Shown: positions 1 to 12,649 of the stretch, piece after piece
How the letters are laid out: every line of letters begins with the position of its first letter
Numbering within the stretch: the first letter of the stretch is position 1
NCBI GenBank assembly: GCA_013265495.1
Contig: MU057724.1
Coordinates: forward strand, 1,751,102 to 1,815,101
Direction: 5' to 3'
Origin: Vicugna vicugna
Taxonomy: Eukaryota
DNA: 64,000 nucleotides
Notes under the pieces: model-generated
What the model saw: the letters and a program-made list of their open reading frames with translations, nothing else
What the model was told of the DNA's origin: nothing
The model's database searches: none
Translations under genes and position numbers: made by a program

Positions 1-574
1 AATAATTTGCATGGTAAGTAGGATTTCTTGAGGTGGAGTGTAGGGGGTGACAGTCCTTCTACTGGGCTGCCTGTAGGTGCCTGGCCCTCCTGATATCCCC
101 ATATTAAGGGATCGGTCGCCCACAGGACAGTGAAGGGATGGGGCTCTGTTTGGTCGCACCCCCTCCACTCCCTTCTGGCTGCCTCTTCTTTTCATTTCAG
201 CAAAACGGACAATGAAAATGTAATCAGCATAAATGGGTAGCAGGACTGACGTGAAAACACACTGGCCGAGAGGATCAGCCCCACTGGCTGCACGTCCCCC
301 TAAATGAACCAGCCCAGAGCATCCTGCAGCTCGTTTGCAATTCTAAGTTATAATAATTCCACTTTTTTGAAATGGCTCCTTGAACTTGGTCTCCTCCAAA
401 TTTCCAACGTGGTTGCCTTTGCTCAGATTGTCAGCTTTGCAGGAGACTCAGCAGCCTTCCCACATTTTCCCCCACTGTCTACTTCACCCTCTAACCCAGA
501 GCCAAGATTCTTCTCAATCAAGAGTCAGGTTCAGGGTAATGTGGTGGGAGAACCATGGTATCTGGTCGTGGGAT

Positions 575-710
575 GTGGTCATGGTGTCTGGGGTCAGACA
601 GACCCGGCTGTAAATTCCATCTGCTCCATTCTCCAGCTGGGTGATCAGGGACAAGTTACTTAACTTTTTGGAGGCTTCTGTAAAATAAGACGCGATAGTA
701 TGCCTTGCGG
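575..710 (+). mobile_element. MIR fragment
   Basis: ctggggtcagacagacc...cagctgggtgatcagggacaagttacttaac...ctgtaaaat resembles the MIR core. Confidence 0.55.
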
Positions 711-1526
711 TGGGGGCCACCCCGAGACCACACACGTCTGTGTTTGGCAGCTCTCCCTTAGACACCCCTCCCGCGGGCTCCGCCCCGGGGCTCCGCTCAT
801 CAGTTTCACCCACTCAAGGCATCCGGGTCTGTCTGCTGAGGGTGAGGGCAGGTGTGTGCCTTCTAACTGGCTCTTTTCATGGACTCCAGGCTGATGCTGT
901 TGGCCTTGGTAGATAGCTGACTGGCTCCTGCCACATTTTGAGAACGTGCAGTGTCCCCACTCCCAGGACTCCTGCTGCCTCTGGCTGCCTGAGCTCCATA
1001 CCTTCCCTGAGGCTATCAGCTCCAGGGCCTCCAGATTCCTTACCTCCACGGAAAAACCTCTGCAAATTTACCTTGGAAAGCAGAAACTCACCCACACGTC
1101 TTACCAGACACGTCTACACGGCCTTACTACTGCAGTGTGTGCATTTAAATGACTACAATTCCAGGAAATTCTGCCCAGGAAGACAAAGCAGTTAACTATA
1201 TCGTTCATTTCAGGAACTTCTCCCAAATCCACTTACGTGAACACTGGATCAATTTCCAATATCCGTTAACTTTCTAAGACTCCCTTCAAAACTCTCCCCT
1301 CTTAGCCAGGGTTCACTGTAAGTGATTACAGCATGAACCTGACCCAGTTAGGGCTTCCAGGGGAAGATCTGCCCCAGACCAGCGCCCCCAAACCGTGCGT
1401 AACCAGCTTGCCTTCCCCTTCAGGGGCAGATGGTCCTCCTGTGCTAACAGTAAGCACAGATTCCTCGTCCCCGAGTGCTCACTCCTGCTTAAAGGAGGAG
1501 AAACCCACTTGCTGTTTTGTTGGCTC

Positions 1527-2016
1527 GCTCATTCCAGACAGGTTCCGTAAGGCTCTGCTTCAGCACTGAATGCAGGCGTGCGCTGCAGAAATTACTCCAA
1601 CTAGTACAGTGATCTTGTAAGACAGAATCTGGTTCTGTAGATTGGTGATTGTAAAAAAAAAAAGCTAAAGTGAGTAGCTTTTCAGGTTGTGTGAGCATAT
1701 TTGATGTAGTTATAGATGTAATGGTGCTGATAGCCACTTTGTTTTTCAGCCTGCACACATAAAAATTATATGCTCATTCCAGACAGGTTCCGTAAGGCTC
1801 TGCTTTAGCACTGAATGCAGGCGTGCGCTGCAGAAGTTACTCCAACTAGTACAGTGATCTTGTAAGGCAGAATCTGGTTCTGTAGATTGGTGATTGTAAA
1901 AAAAAAAAAGCTAAAGTGAGTAGCTTTTCAGGTTGTGTGAGCATGTTTGATGTAGTTATAGATGTAATGGTGCTGATAGCCACTTTGTTTTTCAGCCTGC
2001 ACACATAAAAATTATA
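1527..2016. repeat. Direct tandem duplication, 244/245 bp (1527-1770 and 1772-2016)
   Basis: The two copies differ by 4 transitions and one A in a poly(A) run (11 vs 12). Confidence 0.95.
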
Positions 2017-2267
2017 ATAGTTCTCAGATGTTTCCAGAATTTGGCAATTTCTCCCTCAAAAAGCAAAAGAAGAAGAAATAAAAAAAAGGCTTGTGATTTC
2101 TAAGCGGCCAAAATACACTCTTGGCTTTTCCCTTTTGGACATTTTTCTGGCTTCTTGCAGAAGGAAGGGTCAGATAACACTGTTCCACAGAAATTTAGTG
2201 AGAGCCACACACGAACTTTGCATTTTCTAGCAGTTACGTGGAAAATCAGTAAGACAAAAAGAAAAAT

Positions 2268-2575
2268 NNNNNNNNNNNNNNNNNNNNNNNNNNNNNNNNN
2301 NNNNNNNNNNNNNNNNNNNNNNNNNNNNNNNNNNNNNNNNNNNNNNNNNNNNNNNNNNNNNNNNNNNNNNNNNNNNNNNNNNNNNNNNNNNNNNNNNNNN
2401 NNNNNNNNNNNNNNNNNNNNNNNNNNNNNNNNNNNNNNNNNNNNNNNNNNNNNNNNNNNNNNNNNNNNNNNNNNNNNNNNNNNNNNNNNNNNNNNNNNNN
2501 NNNNNNNNNNNNNNNNNNNNNNNNNNNNNNNNNNNNNNNNNNNNNNNNNNNNNNNNNNNNNNNNNNNNNNNNNNN
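2268..2575. other. Assembly gap (308 N)
   Basis: Run of N. Confidence 1.
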
Positions 2576-3959
2576 ACCCACCCAGCCCCGTTCCTTTCCT
2601 CCTCCCCCCCGATTCTGCTGATTATTTCCATCTTAGCTTCTGGTCTAGATGATTCTCTGCAGACAAAGGAGGAGACAGTGGAAACACTCACTTTTCCTTT
2701 CCGTCCACAGAAGTATCTGAGAAATTCGTGGATGTGTCTAGAGCTAAGCTGCTAGACTTCTGATGAGTCAGATCGAGCCTTTGATGTTTGCACTGACCGA
2801 AAAGCAGAGGCGAGAGGCGTTAACTCGTGGCTGCTCCCACAGGTGGGGTGTGGACGCTTCTGGTCCTTACGCCTTAGTTTTGAAATTCAAGAACACTAGT
2901 CTTGGGGAGAAATGTTTACAGAGAGTTCCAGTGGCTGAAAGTTTGGTTCTTTAAAAGCATCAGTAGTGTCTTTCCCCCAAAGTACCATTCCTACATCAGA
3001 ACATCTGAAATCTCTAGCCCGTGCGTCCAATCCTGGATTTCCTTCCAAAGTGAGTAAGGTAATTGGTCGCAGAAGGAAAATGACCGCATTTCTGTATGAT
3101 AACACGTATTTGAGTATTATCAGTAGCTGTTTCTTAAGGGCAGGGAAATTTACATCCTGTTTATGTTTTTAAATATTCAACTGCTGGTAAAGGTCAGTAC
3201 AAAGTGTCCTTTTATTTGTCGGGGGCCGATGCGAAACTATCAACACCAAGCAGCTAATGACCCAACACAGTAATTACATTGCTTTGCTCTAAAAACAACA
3301 GCAACAAAATGAGTTATTTGCATTTTCCTTACTTGGGGGCTGATATTATAACTCATATCAAAATTTTCAATCCCAGTTTGTCACATGAATTATTAGGGTG
3401 TCACATTTTCCTGATGTGACTTTACAAGAAAACCACATCACAACAGCGTGGCTGAAAAGTGAAAATGAAGTTTCTTTGAACAACTTTATCCTGACTGGTG
3501 ATTAAAGTGGCCCCTCCTGCCCTTGGACTGTGACTGAGGCGGGTCGGGGTGCCGGCCAGCCAGTCAGGGGTTGGCTGGACGGGGCTGGTGGCCTGCAGAA
3601 AGGATAAGAGCTTCTCTTCAGGTCAGAGCTGGATTGTATCCTGCCTTGTACCTATTTCTGGAGTGTCAGGCAAATTCTTGACTCTCTGAGGCTCACAGTG
3701 CTGGTGGGTTTCCATCGGGTTGTGGCTCTGAAGTTACAAGAGCAGGTGCAGGGGCTCAGGTCGCCAGGAGACATTGTTATCACATCAAGATTTAGGGCCA
3801 TGCCAAGTGTCTGGGCCCAGGAGATGTCTTTACCTTGACTGATTCTTGTTTCCTGCTTCCAGGTGAGACAGCATCTGACAGGTGAGTAGAGAGACCCCTG
3901 TGGGTTAGATCTTAAAAATGATGGAGGGTGGTCCAATCAGGCGGTACCTTTTCCCAGTT

Positions 3960-4120
3960 TTAGGGTCTTGGGCCAGTTGCCAGCTTTTCTGTGTCCCAGT
4001 TTCCTCACCAGTGCAACTGGGCACGGTGATCCTTACTCCATAAATGGGTTTGAAGGTTTCAGGGGATGAGTGCACAGGCACCACTGACAGTGTCTGACAG
4101 CGTAGACAGTTGTTAGCCAA
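3960..4120 (+). mobile_element. MIR fragment
   Basis: cttgggccagtt...tctgtgtcccagtttcctcacc...acagtgtctgaca. Confidence 0.6.
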
Positions 4121-5863
4121 TTAAGTCTGCTTGGTTTATAATTATCTGCTCAAAAATGAGAGGCACCAGCAGGGTACTACGCCCTGACCACAGCAAGAGG
4201 GACATAACGTGCAGAAAGAGATGTAGAAAGCATTCCTTTTAAGAATACTTGTAAAATATGTATGCACCACAAGTGAATTTAAAGAGCTTTTTCTAAGGAG
4301 TCAAATCAAAGACTCATTTACCCTTCTTTTCTGCTCAGAATGTGGTTTGAGTAGAAGCATTTGATTCTGTCTCTGAAGGGTCCAGGACCTTTCATGAGAT
4401 GAGGACAACGGTCTCCACACAGTAGCCTGAAAACCATCACAACAACATGTCTGCAATTTTTATTTCCTAACGCGCCTCACAGGTGCAGCCCCGAACACAG
4501 TTTTGCTGCCTTCGTGTGAGAAATGCTCATTGTTTGAACTGGTGGAGTAAGTTGTCTCTAGTGGACGTCTGGTCTTGTCATTCTGCGGTTTTGGGTCTTT
4601 CTCTGGCACTCTGAGGTCTGCGGGTGGAAGTTCAGCTCCTCAGCTTGGACGTCCATGACTCTCTCTCCCACTGACCTGGGCTTTTCGCCTCTTCTCCCGT
4701 CTCACCAGCTTCCGGATGTTTTAATCCCCTTCCGTTGCTTGGTGGGTACCTGCCTCACCACCGCCCTTTGTACGTGCTGCCCACGCTGCCTGCAGTGCCT
4801 GTCCTCGGACTTGCCCGGCTCACCTGGAACCAACACTTTTCCCGGGAAATCAGAGGCAAGGAGGCCCCCTTCCCACTGTTCCCATAGGAGCCCATGTCCC
4901 CAGTCGTAACACCGTCACCCATTTCATCGCCCCAGGCTGAACGCACGCCTTCGACAGCACGTGTGTCGTGTGGGTGGGTCTTACTCCCCATTCTCTTCTT
5001 ACTTCCAGTAGGACTGGCTCCTTCTCTGACGTGTTCGGTGGCAGGGATGCAGACACTGCTCACTGACGTAAGATCCCAGGCAGAGAAGGGGCACGTACTC
5101 TACAAGGGGTGAGCAAAGAACAGGGAGCAGGCTGCATTGTGATCCACTTATGCAGGACAGCTCACGCGTGCATCCTGTGCACACAAACACGGGGACTGAG
5201 AGCACGCTGCACTTCCTGTGCATTAACCGCTGTGTGCCACCCCCGTGACACGAAGGTCTACCCGGGGACCCCAGCTTTCCCCCGGGGCCCCAGACCTCCC
5301 TTCAGGTAAGTTTGCTTTATCACAATGGTTATGTAGGTTTTCCCACATTGAGCATAAGTGGGGATCAGTCCCAGAGAGGTGTAAATGAGCAGAAACTGGA
5401 AAATGAGACTAAGCTGATGCTTGGACATGAGATAGGAAAAACATGCAAACAAAGGAGTTGCTGTCAAGAATTACTATTATTTTCCTGTAAATGGAGTTCC
5501 GCTGGCTTGTCTGAACAGACAGGCACCCTCAGCACTCAGAGCAGAGCTGGAATCGGGGGCGTGGGGCCTCTGCCCACCGCTCACTAGATGCTGGTGCCAG
5601 CAGGGGCTTCCGGACATCGAAAGCTCCTGTGGTCCTGGATGTGTATTTCCTTCCTGACCCACGGCTGGGATGGCTCACCAACTGGCAAAAGAAAAACAAA
5701 TCCTGTCCACTTGGGGTGAAAAAGTAAGCCGAGCAGACTGGTTGACAGACTCGAAAGCATCAGAGTCCCTCAGAGGCCCAGGTGTGCCCTCCCCGCACTG
5801 AGCTCCTCCAGGATTGTGATTCTCAGAGCTTGAGAAAGATCACAGCGAAACTCATTATCAATT

Positions 5864-5869
5864 TTTATT
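5864..5869 (-). terminator. Distal poly(A) signal AATAAA (candidate main ST18 3' end)
   Basis: Plus-strand tttatt; downstream on the minus strand is gtttcgctgtgatctttct; the AT-rich UTR-like composition ends here. Confidence 0.65.
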
Positions 5870-7825
5870 TCCTACCATACACCAAATGTACAGCACTGAA
5901 CACAACTGGTTGCTTTGATGTAAGAAATATTAACTGTTTGAAGAAACAGTATACAAACAAGCTACTTCAAATTAAAAAAGATGCATACATCATTGCCTTT
6001 TTGTTGTTTACAAAAGACCCGATTTACAGTATCAATCATTAACATAGTTGAAAGGAAAGAAGTTTCAGTGCACATTACAGAACACGCCAGTACAAAGGAG
6101 GCAAATAAATACAAACACACATCACAAAGCATCCTGTCCGAACTAGGCAAACACGAACCAATTAACCTGAAGTCAGAGTAAGTTATGGTTGGTAAGAGAT
6201 TTCTTTTAAATTAAATAAAATATATAACAAACTTGTTAAAATATTTAGCAAATTAAACTTTCGTCTTTGTAATAAGTGAACTCATTTGTATGCAACTATC
6301 AAGTATCGTATAGTAAAATGTCTGCAAGTACATAACTTTAATAGAAAATCTCGTTTGGTGTCTTATTTATAATAGACAGCACATATGGTAGCTCTTTTTT
6401 TTTAAGTTGATTTTTAAATAAACACCGTTCCTACCTAAGAACAGACATCTCATTTTCACTAGACTAGGAGTCGAGGATTCAAATGAACCCCAAACCGAAG
6501 ATCAGCCCCACGTGGCACGAACAGTGACTGCAGTGTCAGGGGAGCGGTCGCTGTCCGCGGTACTTCACTCTGTGCAGTAGCAGTAACTACAGCGGAACAC
6601 ATCAAGCCTGTGAGTGCCACTGCATTCAGTGCACACGTCCGTGAGGCGAGGAAAAATAAGCACTTTGTCACAGCACAGAAATCAAGCCCATTTACACGGA
6701 GGCACGTCGCACACCAGGTGTGTGTGCACAGCAGAAAGGCAGTTGAGCTGGTTGTCTATACCTTTTTCTTAAAAAAAATAAATATAAAAAAACTTCTGAA
6801 ACAATGCTTAACTACTTTACAATCCCTGAAATAGACATTGCCTTTACGATAGCAACTACTGAACTCTGATCCATCCGGAAATTCAAGGTCGCGGGCTCAA
6901 CGTCGAGTCGGTGAGTGTGTGTGGGGGTGTGCCTGTGGGCGTGCGTGTGTGTACTGTGCAGCACGTGTAGCCCCGCAGAAAGACTTCTACCAACTTGGAT
7001 GCTGCCTGGTTGTTGAGGGAGGCTGAGACAGCGTCGCCAGCGCTCAAAGCAACGACTGAGATCCAGGTAACATTTTTGCATGTGTGACTATTTTTTTCCA
7101 TTCCTTTCCAGTCAATCCAGTAAGATAAATGCTATTTCAGGGGATTTGGTATCTACACGGTTTTCCATTTGGATGCGTCTGCATTTGCCAAGTACAAACC
7201 TACGTCATCACCCCTTGTGCGTTGTGCCAACGTGGGGCAGGAAAGCCTGGCCGGTCACATCAAGTCTTCCTTCTTGTCTTGGGGTAAGAGTTGCCAACTA
7301 TCTGATTTAACTTGAAAAACAAATAGACAAATCTGCGTCACTAAAAGCCTTGCTCCTTTAAAACGTTCCAAATAAATAATTCATTTTAACTGAAACTCCA
7401 CAGCCAAGTCGAATCCTTTGCTGATTGCTCTATTTAATTATTGCTGACAAATTCAGAACCGGCTGATTTCCAGGCTCCTGTGCTTCTGTGAGGGCGCACA
7501 CCCCACCAGTGGGTGTCCTTTACCTTGTGTGCACCTTACCCAAGCGCATTTATAAATATGAAGCCAGTGAGGGGGGAGGGGGCAGAAGTGTGCAATAAAA
7601 ATCAAACTGGACCCTAGTGCAGTCCTTAGACAAGGATTTCCTTCATACTTTTCCATCTTTCATTTAAACCCAGCAAGATATGTGATTTGACAATAGTATT
7701 TCTATTTAAATTCTATTGGAAAATAAATTAATAAACACACTTGTAAAAATACGGCAGACTTCAAAATGCAGTTAAAGATAAAAAAACTCTTTGATTAGAA
7801 ATAAATAAAATATAAAAATGTCACA

Positions 7826-7831
7826 TTTATT
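7826..7831 (-). terminator. Proximal poly(A) signal AATAAA candidate
   Basis: Minus strand reads tttttgtaaagtatatgtaaAATAAAtgtgacatttttatattttattt: UGUA motifs upstream, U-rich downstream. Confidence 0.45.
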
Positions 7832-8110
7832 TTACATATACTTTACAAAAAAAAAACCCAGAGAGAGTGCAATGAAGAAACAAAAGAAAAACATACGAAA
7901 ATAAATAAGATCTAATATTTGACTGCATTGCGTTTAATCCAAAGAGTCTATCATAGATTTTTTTTCCTTTTCATGTCAGCTGGGGGAGAATTAGTGCAAT
8001 GGTGCAGTTGTAAACGCAGGGCGGCACCTGCCCGCCTCAGCGGCGAGCCCCGGTCACATCCGGCGGCGTGGCTGCAGGGGCGAGCCCCTGCCCTCAGTGC
8101 GTGGTCCTTC

Positions 8111-8251
8111 CTACACGTGGATGCCTCTGACCGCCTGTTTGATGCTCTCCAGCAGAGCCTTGCACTCCGGGGAATGGTCCCGCTCCAGATTGCTGTACAT
8201 GTCTGTGAGCGTGTTGACGTAGGCCTCGAAATTCTGCTCACTGATGGGCCC
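8111..8251 (-). CDS. ST18: ST18 last coding exon: [46 protein letters not shown]
   Basis: Acceptor ccccatttag|GGG; TAG stop at 8113-8111. Confidence 0.97.
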   Translation of the reverse strand, partial: GPISEQNFEAYVNTLTDMYSNLERDHSPECKALLESIKQAVRGIHV

Positions 8252-10432
8252 CTAAATGGGGACAAGACACATTGCACATATCACGTGATCCAGGCTGTGG
8301 GGAACGGGGACCACGGGCACGGGAGAGCATGTGACCCTGGCATCTGGGAGGAATGCAGGTATCTGGGGAGATGCAGAGACTAAGTGGGTGCTGCTCCCTC
8401 TTCACTTGGTTAATGGGGTTAGTGTGCCCAAATGCTCCCGTTCTGTGGTCAGTTTGCAGCCACAGCAGGTGGACGTCTGGCTGCTGGGCTGGGCCACTCA
8501 CAGCTGCACCGCGAATCCCGACAGGGAGGCTCAGCCCAATGTGCGGTGCGCAGCACGGAGACACTTTTTGCGGGAGGTGAGTGTGGGCGGGGTGGGGAGG
8601 AAGGCTTTGCAGGCGCCAGAAGTTCCCACTGGCAGCTCTGGGTTGGAATTTAAGGAATTCTCGGTGGGACAAGTTGCTCACTCACCAGCTGCCTAGTGGG
8701 AGTGTGTCCTCATTTCCTCCTTTTGTCCGTCTTCCCCTGAGGGTCACAGTCATAGGCTTATTCATTTATTTATTTTAAAACCTCTCTGTCTTTCTGGGTG
8801 GAATGTTGGATTCACAATGTCAGGGTCTGTTCGCCTCTGATTCTTTGTGTGTGCGCTGGTATCTCCTTTGCCTAACGTGGGACTTCAAAGAACAGCCCCA
8901 GATGTGGGGCAGATGTGGACACTGCACAAGAGTATGAGGGACTGAGGGGCGGGGAGGGAGCGCCGCTCAGCCACTTTTGGGTGCGTTCCCCAGCTTTTTG
9001 CAGCCGTGCCACCCTGACCTCTCAAGAGGCTTGGAAGACAGGACTTGTAAGAGGTCTGAACACTAAGGAGCAGTAACACCACTGTTACCGCTGGCTTTCT
9101 CAGCGTGAAGCTGACTGTGTGGTGCTCAGCGAGGCACTGATCTCTCAGCGCCGTCTGACCCTGACTTCTGTCCCTGTGTCGTTTCTGCTGTAGTTTCATG
9201 AGTTTCTAGCCGGCCGAGGACGCAGGTGGCAGAGAAAAAGGGGCCACGCTGCAAAGCCAGGTCACCTCGCTCGCGCTGGCTTTGGAACCTCGGTTAAATC
9301 ATGTAGGTCTCTGAGCCTCGAGTTTGTCACTCATAGGATAGGAGACCGGTGCTCGGATGAACTGTGAATGGTCAGTGTGGTCAGCCCCCAGATCACCACG
9401 AGCGTGCCGTGTACAGAACTATGCAAAGTACGGCTTATCTCCTACGGTTAATGGTTCTCACAGCACCGTCGAGAAAAGTGTTACAGAATCCAAATGTCAA
9501 GTAAGAGTTAGACAAACGTTAAGAAATAACATTACAGTAACATCCAATAATTACCTTACTATTGGCCATAAAGTGACAGTTTATTTTCCTTTTGCTTTTT
9601 TATTACATTATTTAAAAAATTATTGATGTTTTTTACTTGTCAAGAGACATATTTGGAATATGTCAAGGTGGGCGCTCCGTGCTGGCAAGTTGGGTAAATT
9701 GAGATTTGTTGCTTTCAGGAAAACCAGCCACATTTCTTTATTAAATTGCTGCTTGTTTAAACCATCCTGTATATCAAATTTGCAGCTTTAGAAAACTTGT
9801 TCTAAAAACGTATGCACTGAGGAAATTAAAAGCATTCAGCAGGCAGCCCATCTTCCAAATTTTTATTATATTTGTGAAAATGGAAAAGAAACTAATTTTC
9901 TATGAATTTTAAATAATCTCAATGCCTCACATATGTGTTCAGCTTTTGGAAACAGGATACCTTGCTCACTTTTATGCTTTTTATTCCATATGAAGAGACC
10001 TTTGGTAAGTTCTTCACACTTAGGATGAAGGAACCACCAAGTTGAATGGTGTTTTCACAGTTCTTGAGTTGGGTGGATAAGGTGAATGGCTGGGTCTCAG
10101 ATTTTGTAAGCCATGTCAGCAAGTTTTCTCTTTGGAAACCAGTCTTTAGAGTGGGAACTTTGGCTTCCAATTTTCGTATCCCCTTATGAGACAAGTTTCA
10201 AATAAACCTTCATCTTTAAATGACTCCCGCGGCATCAAAAGCACTTGGGCGTCATGCAGTGTAAACGCACGTATCTGTCACGTTCCCAGGGAAGTGACTG
10301 CAAATCGACGTGACGAAGTGGGCGGCGGCTGGGACAGTGGATGGCCCCCCCAGAGCCGACACTCCCGCCCTGGCCCATGGGTGACAGCTCGCCGACACTG
10401 GGAGGACTGGGAAGCCGGGGGGTGGGACTCAC

Positions 10433-10576
10433 CATCTGCGGGAGCTGGATGTCGGCGAGGCTGGAGATGAGGGCCCGGCTCAGCCCCGCCAGCTCCTGCA
10501 GCAGGCTCTCGTTGCTCTGCTCTATCAGTCTGTTCTCCTCCTCTATCGTCTTCAGGTTGCTCTCCATTGACGTGAT
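10433..10576 (-). CDS. ST18: ST18 exon, 144 nt: [48 protein letters not shown]
   Basis: Acceptor ccctttcag|ATC, donor GATG|gtgagt. Confidence 0.97.
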
Positions 10577-11379
10577 CTGAAAGGGAAATAACTTGGGAAT
10601 AGGAGCGGCGAAGCTGGGAAGCACGAGGCATCAGCTGCAGACGGCAGCCTCCCCCAACCAGGCTGCAGCCTCTCCCCGCCCCCCAGCCCCATCGCTCTGG
10701 GGATACGGAGCATCCCCGAGTGTGTCTGGAGCCCAGATGTCCCCTGGGATGACAGGTCCACGTCTCCATGAGGCTGGAGATGGACATCTCGAGCTCTGCC
10801 CGTTCAAGGGCAAACCCCCGCTGTTTCCTGCACCCACTCCCTACGTGGTCCTCTCCTTTCCAGCTGATGGCGACCTGCCTGCTGTCCAGGCCTGGGAGGC
10901 GGCCTTACGCTCTTTCTCTCACACTCACAGCCACCGGCTCCTCCTTCCAAAGGCCCAGAGTGGGGACTGTCCCCACTTGGACTGTGCCCCCTTCTCAGGG
11001 GCATCCCTGCATCCGGCTGTGTCCCCCAGTCTCCCTCCCCGGCTTCAACACACTTACCAACACAAGTCTCTTAAAACGTCAGGCAGATTGTGGGTCATAT
11101 GGGATTCTGTTCACCTGCGTCTCTAAACCCCACAATGGCTTTGCGTTCATTCACTACAAAACCCAACATCTGAAAAGTGGCCTGGGGGGCCCCACGGGTT
11201 ACCTGGGGCTCGTCCCCCCCAACTACACACCTGCCAACCCTGGGCCTCCTCAGAGTTGAGGGGTCTGGCAGTGGCCGGTGTTACTGTTCACAACACTCTT
11301 CCCCCAGCCTATTTGCTCACCCCCTCAGTTCCTCAGGTCTCCGCCAAATGCCTCCTTCTCCCAAAGCTGAGCCGGGCTG

Positions 11380-11535
11380 TCCTGTCTCCTGGGGAAACCT
11401 GACTGCTTCTCCCGGCCCCTTCTCCCAGACGATGCAATTCATCATTTATGATTTTTCTTTTTTGGTTATTGTCTGCCTCCCCTTCTAGACTTCAAGCTCC
11501 AGGAGGGCAGAGATCTTTGCTTTCTCCACTAATGG
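11380..11535 (+). mobile_element. L2 3'-end fragment
   Basis: tattgtctgcctccccttctagacttcaagctccaggagggcagagat matches the L2 3' terminal motif. Confidence 0.65.
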
Positions 11536-12388
11536 TTTGCAGGACGCGTTTCAATGATTTGCATACCAAGGCATAAAGCCCTTTTCGGAGTCCTGGCCGC
11601 TGTATGTGGGAGGTCACAATGCTGGTCACATTGAGGCCTGTTTTTCAGATGGACTCACAGCTGCTGTGAGGGAGGGTGTCTGAGAGTCAGTAACAGGTGG
11701 TCCACATGCCCACGTTTCAGGAGAAGGGGAGGAAGACACCGCACCCTAACTTCATCTCACTATTCTTTCCCTTTGGGTTTGTTGAATAGACTCATTATTA
11801 GTGTTTTTAAAGGTCCGGGACTGAACCTTTAATTTCCGTGTGGGTAAATGTAGTCAGGGGGTGGGGCAGACATTATACAGGGGGATGCAGAACTGAGAGA
11901 TTGCTTGGCTTTTCAGGAAACAATCTCTCATGAAAGTCTGGGAAAAGATCTGTTTCTGTCAAACACTGACTCATTCAGGGGTGTTCTAGGAAAATTAAAT
12001 TAAAAAGTTGCTCTGTTTACCTTGAACTACGAGTGAAGGTAAGTATTTTCAAATCTCCTCGTGACAGTTTTTCTAAAGCACCACGTGCTCGACAAGTGTC
12101 TGCAATTACAGGAGGATCTGTTTCATTTGCTGATAAAACCTCTGGTGCGCCCGAGGCCATGGGAGCGGTCCTGCCCACAGCTGCCAAGTCGCAATGGCTA
12201 GGGGTTCACCTGGTCAGGTCTGCGCCATGATGGTGCAGTGGGACCTTCTCTGCATTCACTGCAGGAGGTCAGGATGTGCTTTATCGCGAGGTTTAAGATC
12301 CAACAGTTCGATATTCTGTCTCCATTTAGGATTATGATTACCTAAAGACACTGCTTCCTCTCTCTTTTTCTTTTTTTTTTCTTTTTAC

Positions 12389-12492
12389 CTGAGTCTGGAG
12401 TTTCATCATATCCGCTTCAATTTTAAGATTGGACTCGTTCAGCTCCTTTATTTCTTCATCCAAGTGCCTGATTTCTTCATCACTCTCTATAC
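12389..12492 (-). CDS. ST18: ST18 exon, 104 nt, coiled coil: [34 protein letters not shown]
   Basis: Acceptor tttttcatag|GT, donor TCAG|gtaaaa. Not in the ORF track; read manually. Confidence 0.96.
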
Positions 12493-12649
12493 CTATGAAA
12501 AAAAGTCAGACTGTTTTAGTTCACACCAAAAAGACAAGACTGTGACAAATCTGAGTCATTTTGCGTTTAGTTGGCGTTTGTTCAGTGAAAATGAGACTAA
12601 TTTGAAACGTTAAATTTTTACCCGAATCCATACGCAGGATTCTAAAAAA

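Larger units (their letters stand above)
5845..8110 (-). other. ST18: ST18 3' UTR (approx. 2.25 kb; end inferred from the poly(A) signal)
   Basis: U-rich sequence with no recognised interspersed repeat after the stop codon, ending at AATAAA followed by a GU/U-rich element. Confidence 0.7.

Noticed and set aside
2155..2691. ORFs containing long X runs
   Set aside because: Artefacts of the N gap.
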